64,000 nt of DNA. It comes from an uncultured Acidobacteriota bacterium (GTDB lineage Bacteria > Acidobacteriota > Thermoanaerobaculia > Multivoradales > UBA5704). Below are positions 11,775 to 22,381 of the stretch, one piece after another. Position 1 is the first letter of the stretch. Each line of letters starts with the position of its first letter. The stretch spans positions 64,001 to 128,000 of the forward strand of contig OY969474.1 of assembly GCA_963700145.1 (NCBI GenBank), in the 5' to 3' direction. The position numbers and the translations under genes are program-made. The notes beneath the pieces were generated by a model, which saw only the letters and a program-made list of their open reading frames with translations, had not been told where the DNA came from and did not search any database.

Positions 11775-12458
11775 ATGGCGATGCAGATCGAGAAGAGCTT
11801 CACCGTCCGGGCGCCCGCGGCGGCGGTCTGGAAGTTCCTGACCGATCCCGCGAGGGTGGCGGGCTGCCTGCCGGGCGCCGCGATCACCAGGCAGGTGGAC
11901 GAGAAGACCTACGGCGGCACGATGACCGTCAAGGTCGGCCCGGTGACCGCCGGCTATCGCGGCACCATGCGCTTCGAGCGGCTGGACGCCGCGGCGCGCG
12001 AGGCAGAGATCGTCGCCTCCGGCCAGGAGACGCGCGGCAAGGGCGGCGCCGACATGCGCATGACCAGCCGCGTCGTCGAGCGCACGCCGGGCGAGACCGA
12101 GGTCACGGTCGTCTCCGCCGTCAACGTCGTCGGCATCCTCGCCCAGTTCGGCCGCGGCATGATCCAGGACGTCAGCGACAGGCTCTTCGAGAAGTTCACC
12201 GAGTGCATGCGGCGGCAGCTCGAAGCGCCGGCGGCGGCCGCGCCGCCCGCCGCCGCGACCGGCGTCGCGCCGAAGGAGCCGGCGGCCGCCGCATCGCCGC
12301 CCCCGGCGGTTCCCGAGCCCGAGGCACTGGACTTGGGCGCCCTCGGCGCCGCGGCGGCGGGCCGCGCCGCCACTCGCACTCTCCGCCGTCCCGGCTTCTG
12401 GATCGCCGTGCTCGTCGTCGCGGCGGTCGTCTACTGGTTCTTGAGGAGCAACGGGTGA
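11775..12458 (+). CDS. coxG: CoxG (SRPBCC) protein with a C-terminal membrane anchor
   Basis: VWKFLTDPARVAGCLPGA, VKVGPV, LAQFGRGMI, Ala/Pro linker and terminal TM helix. Confidence 0.88.
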   Translation: MAMQIEKSFTVRAPAAAVWKFLTDPARVAGCLPGAAITRQVDEKTYGGTMTVKVGPVTAGYRGTMRFERLDAAAREAEIVASGQETRGKGGADMRMTSRVVERTPGETEVTVVSAVNVVGILAQFGRGMIQDVSDRLFEKFTECMRRQLEAPAAAAPPAAATGVAPKEPAAAASPPPAVPEPEALDLGALGAAAAGRAATRTLRRPGFWIAVLVVAAVVYWFLRSNG

Positions 12459-12489
12459 TCCCCGCCACGCCGTGGGCTCAGCTCGGCGC

Positions 12490-12519
12490 TTGACTTTGCA
12501 GCGTTGCCGTTCTCACAAT
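12490..12519 (+). promoter_or_regulatory. Candidate sigma70 promoter for the poly-Ile gene
   Basis: TTGACT-N18-CACAAT; followed by hairpin CACGCGGTG-agtcc-CACCGCGTG and an AAGGAGG RBS. Confidence 0.4.
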
Positions 12520-12594
12520 GGCGCGAAAGATCGTAATCCAGGCTCACTCCATGCACGCGGTGAGTCCCACCGCGTGAAACGAAAGGAGGAAGCG

Positions 12595-12918
12595 ATGTCG
12601 AGGCTCAAGAGGTTCGGCCTCGTCCTGGCGCTCGCCCTCAGCCTGCTGATCCCGTTGGCCTCGCCCGCCGCCGCCCTCGCGGCGACGCCGGCGAGCGCTC
12701 AGGCGGCGGCCTTCACCGTCCCGGCGGCCTCCGCCGCGACGGCGACGGCCGTGTTGTCGGCGGCCAACAACCTGCTGCGGCAGGAGGCGGTGGCGCGCAG
12801 GCCGATATGGATCATCATCATCATCATCATTATCATCATCATCATTATCATCATCGTCCTCCGCCGCAGGCCGCCGCGGCCGCCGGGGCCGCCGCCGGGG
12901 CCGGGGCCGAGGGTGTAG
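12595..12918 (+). CDS. Small exported/membrane protein (107 aa) with a 15-residue poly-Ile helix, RRR and a Pro-rich tail
   Basis: Strong AAGGAGG RBS; Sec-type signal (MSRLKRFGLVLALALSLLIPLASPAAALA). Two ATT interruptions in the ATC tract are synonymous only in this frame. Confidence 0.75.
   Translation: MSRLKRFGLVLALALSLLIPLASPAAALAATPASAQAAAFTVPAASAATATAVLSAANNLLRQEAVARRPIWIIIIIIIIIIIIIIIVLRRRPPRPPGPPPGPGPRV
12811..12855 (+). repeat. (ATC)n trinucleotide tract, 15 units with two ATT
   Basis: Read directly: atc x6, att, atc x4, att, atc x3. Confidence 0.95.
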
Positions 12919-13017
12919 CCGCTCCTCTTCCACACGGTGCCGAGGTCCTGCTCCTCGCAGGAGCTCGGCACCGCCTCATGTCTCGTCAAGGCGTCTTCTA
13001 GACGCGGCTCTTCTGCG

Positions 13018-13725
13018 CTAACCGCCTGACAACTCAGCGAAGCTTCGGCAGGTACGGTGCGGGCCGGGGTCGGCGGGCGGGTTGCCGGGTCGCACCAGGC
13101 AGCCGGTGCGCATGCCTGCGGTAGCCGCGGCGTCGAGCTCGCCACGGTGGTCGCTTAGGAAGAGGATGTCCGCGGGCGGCAGCGCGAAGGCGCCGGCGAT
13201 CGCTGCGTAGGAGCCGGCTTCGAGCTTGGGGCCGGTCGTGGTGTCGTGGAAGCCTTCGAAATGGCCGGTGAGGTCGCCGTAGTCGGTGTGGGCGAAGAGG
13301 AGCTTCTGCGCCCGCACGCTGCCCGAGGAGAAGACACGCAGCCGCACGCCCGCCGCCGTCCAGGCGGCGAGCGCCGGCGGGACGTCGGGGAAGACGTGGC
13401 CACGCAGCGTCCCGTCGCGGTAGCCGCGCGCCCAGATCGCTCCCTGGAGCTGCTTCAAGCCCGTGGACTTGCGGTCGTGCGCCATCAGGTAGCGGGCGTA
13501 GGGCGCGCCGCCGAACGGTGGGAGGCCGGTGGCGGCAGGGAACTGCCCCGCCTCCTCGCGGTGCTCCGCGGCGAGCCGTGCGAGCGCCTGCGCGGCCTCC
13601 GGATCGCCGGCGGGCGGCTCCGCGCAGAAGGCGTCGAGGCGCGCCGCGGCATAGGGGAAGAGGACGTCGTAGACGAAGGCGACGGAGGTCGTGGTCCCCT
13701 CGATGTCGGTGAGGACCGCGCGCAC
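13018..13725 (-). CDS. mtnC: Enolase-phosphatase E1 (acireductone synthase)
   Basis: HAD motif LTDIEGTT, FVYDVLFPYA, DRKSTGLKQLQGAIW, FSSGSVRAQKLLF, LFLSD. Confidence 0.93.
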   Translation of the reverse strand: MRAVLTDIEGTTTSVAFVYDVLFPYAAARLDAFCAEPPAGDPEAAQALARLAAEHREEAGQFPAATGLPPFGGAPYARYLMAHDRKSTGLKQLQGAIWARGYRDGTLRGHVFPDVPPALAAWTAAGVRLRVFSSGSVRAQKLLFAHTDYGDLTGHFEGFHDTTTGPKLEAGSYAAIAGAFALPPADILFLSDHRGELDAAATAGMRTGCLVRPGNPPADPGPHRTCRSFAELSGG

Positions 13726-13748
13726 GCCGGCGGGGAGCCCGCCGCCGC

Positions 13749-14306
13749 TCAGAGGCCCGGCGCCGGGATGTAGCGCGGCCCGAAGCAGAGCGGCTGGAAC
13801 CCTGCCTCGGCGCGCGAATCGGTGTAGTGCGGCGTCCAGCCGGACTGATCCTGGAAGAGGCGGATCGCGCGGATGGTGCGGTCGGCGCAGAGATCGAACC
13901 AGTGCGTGGTGCCGCGCGGCACGCGGATCATGTCCCCCTTCTCGACCTCGATCGAGAAGACTGGCCTGTCGGGCAGGTGGATGTGGAAGAGGCCGCGGCC
14001 GTGGACGATGAAGCGCACCTCGTCCTCGTCGTGCCAGTGCTCCTTGTTGAAGCGGTCGAGCATCGCCTGGAGGCCCGGCGTCTCCGGCTGGACGTTGATG
14101 ACGTCGGCGGTGACGTAGCCGCCTTCGGCCATCAGGGCCCGGATCGGCTCGCCGTAGGCGGCGAGGATGGCGTCGTTGTCGGCGTCCTCGGGCAGCGAGT
14201 CCGAGCCCTCGAAGCGGCGGTACCAGATGCCGGCGCGGGCGAGCAGCGCGTCGCGCTCGGCGCCCTCGACGACCCGGCCCTCTTCGCGCAGCGTCACGGT
14301 GGCCAT
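13749..14306 (-). CDS. mtnD: Acireductone dioxygenase (ARD cupin)
   Basis: GGYVTADVI, EHWHDEDEVRFIVHGRGLF, VPRGTTHWFD, AIRLF; GGAGGAG RBS before ATG 14306. Confidence 0.92.
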   Translation of the reverse strand: MATVTLREEGRVVEGAERDALLARAGIWYRRFEGSDSLPEDADNDAILAAYGEPIRALMAEGGYVTADVINVQPETPGLQAMLDRFNKEHWHDEDEVRFIVHGRGLFHIHLPDRPVFSIEVEKGDMIRVPRGTTHWFDLCADRTIRAIRLFQDQSGWTPHYTDSRAEAGFQPLCFGPRYIPAPGL

Positions 14307-14463
14307 GGTGCGGCTCCTCCCGCGAGAATGTACCAGAGCCGGCCGGCGCGGTTGCGTCGCCCGGTGATGGGCTCCGCTACCCGAGCGGTCGCCTGCCGGA
14401 GCAGGCGACTGATCTAGATTGCGGGTTGCCCGGCCGCCGGCCCACTGGTACCGTGCCCGTCTC

Positions 14464-15093
14464 GTGAGCTCCGGGGACAGCGATCCGCGCCCGCGCCTCG
14501 GGGCGACGGCGCGACGGCTCCACCGCCGCGGCTGGATGGAAGGCACCGCCGGCAACCTCTCCGCCCGCCTCGACGACGGCACGCTCTGGATCAGCGCCAG
14601 CGGCAAGGACAAGGGGCGCCTCCGCCCGCGCGACTTCCTGCGCCTGGCGCCCGGCGGCGAGGTCGTCGAGCGCGGCGGCGAGGGCGACCGCCCGTCGGCC
14701 GAGACGGCGATCCACCACGCCGTCTACGCCCTCTTCCCGGAGGCCCGTGCCTGCCTCCACGTGCACAGCATCGCCTCCAACCTCGCCGCCCGGATGACGG
14801 ACGGCGACGAGCTGCCACTGCCGCCGCTCGAGATGCTCAAGGGGCTGGGGATTCGCGAGGAGGAGCCGCGGGTCGCCCTGACGGTCTTCCGCAACCACGC
14901 GCACGTGCCGGCGATCGCCGCCGAGATCGCCGCCCGCTTCGCCGCCGCCCCGCCGCGACTCCCCGGCCTCCTCGTCCGCGACCACGGCCTCACCGTCTGG
15001 GCGGCCGACCTCGATGCGGCCGTGCACCACCTGGAGCTCTTCGACTACCTCTTCGCCTACATGACCGCCGCCCGCGCCGGCGGCATCGGCTAG
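14464..15093 (+). CDS. mtnB: Methylthioribulose-1-phosphate dehydratase
   Basis: GWMEGTAGNLS, SASGKDKG, PSAETAIH, CLHVHS, LEMLKGL, LVRDHGLTVW; start position uncertain. Confidence 0.9.
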   Translation: MSSGDSDPRPRLGATARRLHRRGWMEGTAGNLSARLDDGTLWISASGKDKGRLRPRDFLRLAPGGEVVERGGEGDRPSAETAIHHAVYALFPEARACLHVHSIASNLAARMTDGDELPLPPLEMLKGLGIREEEPRVALTVFRNHAHVPAIAAEIAARFAAAPPRLPGLLVRDHGLTVWAADLDAAVHHLELFDYLFAYMTAARAGGIG

Positions 15094-15100
15094 CGCCGGC

Positions 15101-15676
15101 TCAGCGCTCGAGCTTCGCCTCGATCCGCCGGTCGGGGACGAGCCACATCAGCGCCACGAAGACGTAGATGGCGTCGGCGATCCATTGGTTGACGAAGGCC
15201 AGCGGGATCGCCGCGACGTAGAGGCCCGTCGAGAGCTTCCCCTTGGTGTCGCTCCCCATCGCGGCCGCGAGCCGCGAGTGCGGCCCCTGCGCCGCGACCA
15301 GCGTGCGCGCCAGGATGTAGTAGGCGACGCTGGCCAGCAGCAGCACGACGCCGTAAGCCGCTGTGGGCAGCGGCGCGAAGTGGTTCTCGCCCATCCAGCC
15401 GGTGACGAAGGGCACGAGCGACAGCCAGAAGAGCAGGTGCTGGTTGGCCCACAGGACCTTGCCGCTGATCCGCTCGGCGGCGTGGAGCATGTGGTGGTGG
15501 TTGTTCCAGTAGATGCCGAGGATGACGAAGCTCAGCACGTAGGTCAGGAAGACCGGCAGGAGCGGACGCAGCGCCTGCCAGCTCGCGCCGTGCGGGATGC
15601 GCAGCTCCAGGACCATGATGGTGATGAGGATGGCGATCACGCCGTCGCTGAAGGCTTCGAGACGCGTCTTGCTCAT
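15101..15676 (-). CDS. TMEM175-family potassium channel (DUF1211)
   Basis: MSKTRLEAFSDGVIAILITIMVLEL (FSD motif), YVLSF..IYWNNHHH, ~6 TM; true start lies inside the long 15101..18097 ORF, with GGAGG RBS. Confidence 0.9.
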   Translation of the reverse strand: MSKTRLEAFSDGVIAILITIMVLELRIPHGASWQALRPLLPVFLTYVLSFVILGIYWNNHHHMLHAAERISGKVLWANQHLLFWLSLVPFVTGWMGENHFAPLPTAAYGVVLLLASVAYYILARTLVAAQGPHSRLAAAMGSDTKGKLSTGLYVAAIPLAFVNQWIADAIYVFVALMWLVPDRRIEAKLER

Positions 15677-15687
15677 CGGGGGTCCTC

Positions 15688-18240
15688 CTAGCGCAGCGCG
15701 CGCCGGCTCTGGTACCACTCGAGCGGGCGGCGGAGGTGGTAGGTGCGCTCGCCGTCCTGAAGCTCGATGCCGGTGGCGAGGCGGCCGTAGCGGACGAAGA
15801 GGTAGCCGCGCTTGCTCTCGGGGGAGAGGCGCAGGCGGGTGCGCAGGTCGAGCCGTCGGCCGGCGACGACGAGCGGGTCGAGCACGATGGCGCCGTCGGC
15901 GAAGCGCACTTCGGCGCGGGCGGCGAGGCGCTCCTCGGCGAGGACGCCCTGGAGCCATCCCAGCGCTCGCTGCCGGCGGGCGAAGAGGGCGAGGAGGAGC
16001 CCCGCGTCCTTGAGCCGCGCCGCGACGGTGCTCTGGAGGGCGAGCGGGCGGGTCAGGCGGACGGTGCCGCGCTCGAGGTCGAAGTGCCCCCACCAGCCGC
16101 CGGGCGCCGGGCCGGGGATGGACGGAGCGCCGCCGTCGAGTTCGCTCCAGCTCACCCGCTCGAGCACCAGGCGGCTGCCGTCGAGGCGGAAGCGGTCGTC
16201 GGCCAGGTTGGCGGCGGCGAGCCGCGCCCGCAGGTTGAGCCCGGCGGCGATCCCCAGGTCGTGGAAGCGCAGCCGCACGGCGTTGGAGGTCAGGACCACC
16301 TCGCCGCGGCCGCTGTTGCCCGCGGTCTCCAGCTCGAAGTCGGAGCGCAGCCGCCCGGCGCCGCCGAGGATCGCCACGCCGGCGTCCGGCGGCAGGTAGC
16401 CGTTGAAGGCGGCGAGGTCGGGCGCCTCGGCGGCGGGGAGGTGGACGCGCAGGCGGAGGTCGCGCGCGGCGTGTGTGAGGTCGAGGTCGTCGGTCGTCAC
16501 CGTCATGCGGAGGCCGCTGCCGCGCAGGTGGGGCAGTGCGCCCGGCGCAGCGCGTGCGGCGACCTCGAAGCGGCCGAAGAGGACCTGGAGGTCGAGCGCC
16601 GGCGCGCCCGCCCGCGGCTCGACGGAGCCGGTCACGACGGCGCTGCCGCGCGCGCGGCTGGTCAGGTACTCGGCCTCGACGCGCGCCGGCGCGATGCGCA
16701 GCCGGCTGCCGGGCGAGAGGCGCCCGCGGTCGAGCCGCAGCGTGGCGGTGAAGGGGCCCTCGCCGCGCAGGTCGAGCCAGGGCGCCTTCTTCAGATACAC
16801 GTCCAGGAAGCCGAGCGAGGCGAGCCGGCCGGCGAGCTCGGCGTCGGCGGAGAGCGGCCGGAGGTTGGCGGCGCCGCGCAGGCTGCCCGGCGCGAACGGG
16901 TCGAGGCGCGCCGTGCCGCGCGCCGCGAGGCCGTCCGCCAGGGTCTCCGCGCCGCGGCGCGCGCGCCCCCGCGCGACGGTGAAGGTGGTGCGGTCGAGCG
17001 CCAACTTGCCGTCGCGCCAGGTGAAGCCGCCGGCGGCCTCGACGCCCGCCGTCAGCGCCAGGTCGCGGACCTCCATGGCGGCGGCCCCGGCGAGCCGCGC
17101 GTCCGTCAGGTGGACGCTCCACCGCCGCCGCGGCGGTCCGCGCCGCACCGCGGGGGGCGGACCGATCCCGACGCGGACGTCCGCGCCCTCGCCGCGCAGC
17201 CCGGCGAGGCGCAGCTCGCGTCGCATCAGGGCGGGGAGGTCGATGCGCGCCGCGGCGCGCGGCAGGGCGATCGTCCAGGCGGCGCGCCGGCCGGAGAGGT
17301 CGAGCCGCACGCGCTCGCCGTGGAGCTGCCCCCAGAGGGTGGCGCGGCGGGCGGCGAGGAGGCGGCTCAAGCGCAGCTCGGCGGTCGCCGCGGCGAGGCG
17401 CAGGGCGGCGCTCTCGAAGGCGCCGCCCTGGCGGTAGACGGCGACGCTGGCGGCGCGGCCGTCGAGGGCCAGCCGCGGGCCGGCGGGCGCCGCCTTCACC
17501 TCGGCGCGCACGACCAGCCGCGCCGCCTCCGGCGTCCGCAGCGCCGAGTAGATCGCGCGGCTGCCGGGAAGGAGGCGCCCATCGCGCACGCCGAGGTCGA
17601 GGAGCAGCCTCCCCGGGCCGCCGCCGGCCAGGCGCAGCGAGCCGGAGAGGAAGTCGAGGCCGCGCAGGCCGCGGTGGCGCCGCGGCGCGTAGGGCCCCAA
17701 GCGGAGTGAGCCGGCGAGCCGCGCGTCGCGCGCGATCGTCGCGCGTCCGGCGCGCAGGGTGGCGCCGCGCAGGTCGAAGCGCTCCAGCTCCAGTCGCGCC
17801 TCCCGGCCCGGCGCGATTTGCAGGCTGCCGGCGGCCATGCCCTTGCCCTCCAGGCGCAGCGGGCCGAGGCGCAGGGCGCCCAGGCGCGCGATCGTCACGT
17901 CTTCGAGCCGCACCTCGCGGCGCAGCAGGGGAAGGAGGCCGAGCCGGCCGCGCCCGCGCTCCACGCGCAGCGACCAGGGCAGCCGCCGCCGCGGCGCCGC
18001 GACCTCGAGCCCGCGCACCCACAGATCGCCCGGCCAGAGGGTCCAGGCGGCGCGCCAAGTCAGGCGCATCCGTTCCGGGCGGCGGTTGACCGCCCACTCG
18101 GCGAGCGGCGTGTTGAGGAAGAGGTTGGCGCCGGCGAGATACCCGCCGGCGGCCAGGCCGAGGACGAGCAGGAGCCGCCGCGCGGCGGCGGCCCCGCGGC
18201 TCATCGGGCGCCGCGGTCGTCCACCCCGCTGTCGACTCAC
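15688..18240 (-). CDS. Hypothetical membrane-anchored beta-rich protein (AsmA/DUF748-like architecture)
   Basis: 850-aa ORF with an N-terminal TM helix and repetitive amphipathic beta-strand pattern; TATAGT -10 six nt upstream of the GTG. Confidence 0.65.
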   Translation of the reverse strand: MSRQRGGRPRRPMSRGAAAARRLLLVLGLAAGGYLAGANLFLNTPLAEWAVNRRPERMRLTWRAAWTLWPGDLWVRGLEVAAPRRRLPWSLRVERGRGRLGLLPLLRREVRLEDVTIARLGALRLGPLRLEGKGMAAGSLQIAPGREARLELERFDLRGATLRAGRATIARDARLAGSLRLGPYAPRRHRGLRGLDFLSGSLRLAGGGPGRLLLDLGVRDGRLLPGSRAIYSALRTPEAARLVVRAEVKAAPAGPRLALDGRAASVAVYRQGGAFESAALRLAAATAELRLSRLLAARRATLWGQLHGERVRLDLSGRRAAWTIALPRAAARIDLPALMRRELRLAGLRGEGADVRVGIGPPPAVRRGPPRRRWSVHLTDARLAGAAAMEVRDLALTAGVEAAGGFTWRDGKLALDRTTFTVARGRARRGAETLADGLAARGTARLDPFAPGSLRGAANLRPLSADAELAGRLASLGFLDVYLKKAPWLDLRGEGPFTATLRLDRGRLSPGSRLRIAPARVEAEYLTSRARGSAVVTGSVEPRAGAPALDLQVLFGRFEVAARAAPGALPHLRGSGLRMTVTTDDLDLTHAARDLRLRVHLPAAEAPDLAAFNGYLPPDAGVAILGGAGRLRSDFELETAGNSGRGEVVLTSNAVRLRFHDLGIAAGLNLRARLAAANLADDRFRLDGSRLVLERVSWSELDGGAPSIPGPAPGGWWGHFDLERGTVRLTRPLALQSTVAARLKDAGLLLALFARRQRALGWLQGVLAEERLAARAEVRFADGAIVLDPLVVAGRRLDLRTRLRLSPESKRGYLFVRYGRLATGIELQDGERTYHLRRPLEWYQSRRALR

Positions 18241-18285
18241 GGCGCCACTATAGACTGCGGCTCAGCCATTCCTTTGGAGGGTGTC

Positions 18286-18843
18286 ATGAGAAGCCTGCGC
18301 CGCAGTCGTCGCATCCTGTCCCTCGCCGCGCTCGCGCTCGCCGCCGCCGCTCCGGCGGCCTTCGCACACGGCGGCGACGCGAGCCTCGTCCATGCCTGCG
18401 TCTGGAGCGCCAACGGCAACATCCGCATCGTCGCGCCGGGCGAAGCGTGCAAGCCGCACGAGACCCCGCTCGACTGGGCGATCGCGGGCGCCCCCGGTCC
18501 GGCCGGCCCGCCGGGCCCTCCCGGCCCCCCGGGCCCGCCGGGCGAGCCCGGCCCGGAAGGCCCGCCCGGAGTCAGCGGGCTGGAGATCGTCTGGGAGACC
18601 TTCATCATCACGGCGCAGACGACGTTCACCGTCGATTGCCCGGCTGGCAAGACCGCCATCGGCGGCGGCGGCATCCTGCCGGCGCCCGGCTGGATGTTCC
18701 TCTCCCGGCCCGTCGGCCCCGACATCGCCGGCCCCTCCGGCTCGGCCGCGAGCGCGACGGGCTGGCAGGTCGGCGCCAACAACGTCGTCATGGACGGCTC
18801 CGTGAGCATGACCGTCTACGCGGTCTGCGCGACGGCGGAGTAG
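18286..18843 (+). CDS. Secreted collagen-like (Gly-X-Y) protein
   Basis: GGAGG RBS, signal peptide, HAC..GNIRIV..C N-domain, about 10 Gly-X-Y triplets (GAP GPA GPP GPP...), C-terminal CPAGKTAIGGG..VYAVC domain. Confidence 0.8.
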   Translation: MRSLRRSRRILSLAALALAAAAPAAFAHGGDASLVHACVWSANGNIRIVAPGEACKPHETPLDWAIAGAPGPAGPPGPPGPPGPPGEPGPEGPPGVSGLEIVWETFIITAQTTFTVDCPAGKTAIGGGGILPAPGWMFLSRPVGPDIAGPSGSAASATGWQVGANNVVMDGSVSMTVYAVCATAE

Positions 18844-18861
18844 CCGGCGAAGAGCGCTGCG

Positions 18862-19959
<1,098 letters not shown>

Positions 19960-19971
19960 GGTTCCGTCGAG

Positions 19972-20355
19972 TTACCAGCTCACGCGCCGGAGGCCCGAGA
20001 CGGCATCGAAGTGGTCGTCACGGCTAACGACCGGCAGCCTGTGCTGCCGCGCCAAGGCGGCGATCCAGATGTCGTTTTCAGGGATCGGCCGGCCCTTCCG
20101 ACGTAGCTCCTCACGCACGTCTGCGTAAGCCTCGGCGGTTGCGGCGTCGACCGTCAGAAGGATGGATTCCCGTGCGAGCGTCACCAGGAGCTGAAGGAGA
20201 TGGTCGCGGTGACGCGAGCGGAGGAGCCCATACCGGTACTCACCGAGGACGATCACCGGCAAGTGGTGACGCGGGTCCGCGGCAAGCGCCTCGCCCAGGG
20301 CGGCGTCGCCGGCGAGGAGTGCGGAGACGGCGTTGGTGTCGAGGATCACCGCCAC
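19972..20355 (-). CDS. vapC: VapC PIN-domain toxin
   Basis: ILDTNAVS, LGEYRYG, GRPIPENDIWIAALA, VVSRDDHF. Confidence 0.93.
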   Translation of the reverse strand: MAVILDTNAVSALLAGDAALGEALAADPRHHLPVIVLGEYRYGLLRSRHRDHLLQLLVTLARESILLTVDAATAEAYADVREELRRKGRPIPENDIWIAALARQHRLPVVSRDDHFDAVSGLRRVSW

Positions 20356-20594
20356 TCGTCCGGGTCGACGCGCTCCAGCTCACGGCCGACGATCCGGTCG
20401 ATGGACTCCACCTCCGCCGCCTGCGCCTGGCCAAAGACGGCTCGCCAGCCTGGCCGAGAGCTCTGACCCGGCTCGCGGTCCAGATGTGCTTCCAGCGCCT
20501 CGGTGACGAACTCCTTGAGACTCTCCCCGCGCATCGCGGCCGTGGCCTTGGTGCGGCGGAAGAGCTCCTCCGGGATCTCGAGCGTCGTCTTCAT
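20346..20594 (-). CDS. vapB: VapB-type antitoxin (RHH-like)
   Basis: MKTTLEIPEELFRRTKATAA..SLKEFVTEAL; overlaps the vapC start. Confidence 0.85.
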   Translation of the reverse strand: MKTTLEIPEELFRRTKATAAMRGESLKEFVTEALEAHLDREPGQSSRPGWRAVFGQAQAAEVESIDRIVGRELERVDPDEWR

Positions 20595-20656
20595 GGGCCC
20601 ATCTTCCCATATTTATGGTCCCGCCGACCGTCCCAAGCCCGTGCGGGCGATTCCGC

Positions 20657-20732
20657 GGTGCCGCTCGTTCTTGACCTCGACGCCGTCCACCTCTTCGACG
20701 CCGCGAGCGAGCAGCGGCTCGCTGCCTGAGGT
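20657..20732 (+). repeat. Direct repeat copy 2 (duplicated 3' end of the ABC ATPase gene)
   Basis: Encodes [23 protein letters not shown] versus [23 protein letters not shown]. Confidence 0.9.
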
Positions 20733-21016
20733 CTCGTGAAGAGGAAACCGATGGGCGTTTTCGACGCCCGGGCGGGGAGGTCGGTCGTACTGCCGGGAGT
20801 GGTGCCGTCAGAGCAGAAGTAATCCGATCGCGGGAGAGGAGTTCGCCACGGTCGGCCGCGTCTTTCGCGCCAGGCGACCTATGTTACGGAGCGCCGGCGG
20901 GCCTTCGGGAGCCTCTGCCCGAAGATCTCCCGCGCCCGGAGCTTCATCTCGACGTTCCGGAGATGTATCTCCTATAGACGGAGATCTATCTTCGGGGTCC
21001 GACAACGGGTCTTCCA

Positions 21017-22381
21017 GGATGTGTCCCGATTCTTGTGGAGATTCGGCGTAACCCCCTGACTGTCGGGTTGACGTTAGCTCCTCACGCGGCCTGCGTCCAA
21101 ATCGTGGCGAGGAAACGTTGCAGGTCTTGGTGGCCATTGACGCTGCGTAGGCGGATCTGGCCGCAGGCCACCAGTGCCCAGAGCAGGGTCAAGGCCGCCT
21201 CTTCGGTGGCGAAGCTGGCCTGGGTCTTGGTGCGGCGTCGAAACTCGCGATGGAGGTTTTCCAGCGCGTTGGTCGAGCGTAGGGTCCTCCACAGCGAGCG
21301 GGGAAACTCGTAGAAGGTCAACAGCTCCTCTCCGGCCTCCTCGAGCGAGCGGGCGACAGCCGGACACAGGCGAGACCACTTGGCGAGGAAGGCCGCGTAG
21401 GCCTGATGGGCCGCCCCACCGTCGCGGGCCTCGACGATCGGGCGCCAGTCGCGCCGGAGCTCGCCGCGAGCATGGCGCGGGCAGTGCTCCAGCAGGTTTC
21501 GGAGCTTGTGCTGGGTGCAACGCTGCACGCGCACCCCCGGCCACGCCGCCAGCGCCTTGCGCAAGCCAGCGTGGCCGTCGACGATGAGCAACTCGGGCGC
21601 CGCCAAGCCCCGCCGCTGCAGATCCTCGAGCAGCTCGCCCCACAGCCGCGCCGCCTCGCTCGTGGCCAACCGTAACGCCACCAGGACCTTGCCGCCATCG
21701 GGGCGCACGCCCAGAGCGGCCAGCACCGGCACCGCCACCACCCGCCGGGCCAGCCGCACCTTGACGTGGAACCCGTCGAGAAACAGCAGCGCGTAACGCT
21801 CGCCCGCACAATCGCGCTCCCGCCAGGCCGCAAACCGCTCTTTGAGCCGCCCCACCACGCGCGAGGCCGCGCTCTTGGACAGGTGCTCTTCTCCCAGCAG
21901 CGGCGCCAGCGCCTTGCCGATCCGTCGGCTATTGGCCCCCGCCAGATAGCACGACAGGATCGCCGCGTCGATCTCCCGCACCCGCCGCGCGTAGCGCGGC
22001 ACCAACGCGCTGGCGAACTCTTCCGTCGTGCCCTCCACTGTGGCCACCCGACCGCGCGGCACCCGCAGCGGCCGGGTCCCCGCCACCGTCGTCACCCGCC
22101 GTAGCGTGGCTCCGTTGCGGTAGCCGCGGCGCACCGCCGTCCGCTCGTAGGGCTGCGCACCCAGCGCCTCCTGAAGCTCCTGCTCTAGCACCAGCTCCAC
22201 GGCCTCCAGAAGCCTCTGCTCGAGCAGCCGCCGGATGTCCTGGCGCAGCGGCACCACCTCCTGCTCTGACGTGCTAGCCTCCCACATGGCGTAACCCTCC
22301 TCCGCCGCCCACGCGACGGGATGTGCTTGACAGCTAGGAGGTTACGCCACTTTCTTTTTCCACAAGAATCGGGACGGATCC
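21017..22381 (-). mobile_element. Complete IS256-family insertion sequence (1365 bp)
   Basis: Terminal IRs GGAT(GT/CC)GTCCCGATTCTTGTGGA; 8-bp target duplication GTCTTCCA at 21009-21016 and 22382-22389. Confidence 0.95.
21082..22287 (-). CDS. IS256-family (mutator-type) DDE transposase
   Basis: GYRNG, LRVPRGR, LFLDG, LIVDGHAGL, QRCTQHKLRN (CxxH), LRSTNALENLHREFRRRT. Confidence 0.95.
   Translation of the reverse strand: MWEASTSEQEVVPLRQDIRRLLEQRLLEAVELVLEQELQEALGAQPYERTAVRRGYRNGATLRRVTTVAGTRPLRVPRGRVATVEGTTEEFASALVPRYARRVREIDAAILSCYLAGANSRRIGKALAPLLGEEHLSKSAASRVVGRLKERFAAWRERDCAGERYALLFLDGFHVKVRLARRVVAVPVLAALGVRPDGGKVLVALRLATSEAARLWGELLEDLQRRGLAAPELLIVDGHAGLRKALAAWPGVRVQRCTQHKLRNLLEHCPRHARGELRRDWRPIVEARDGGAAHQAYAAFLAKWSRLCPAVARSLEEAGEELLTFYEFPRSLWRTLRSTNALENLHREFRRRTKTQASFATEEAALTLLWALVACGQIRLRSVNGHQDLQRFLATIWTQAA

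Noticed and set aside
12699-13145. Poly-Met (minus strand), poly-His or poly-Asp readings of the ATC tract, tempting as a Met-sensing leader beside the mtn genes
   Set aside because: The tract lies downstream of mtnC rather than in a leader, these frames lack an RBS, and the tract interruptions are synonymous only in the Ile frame.
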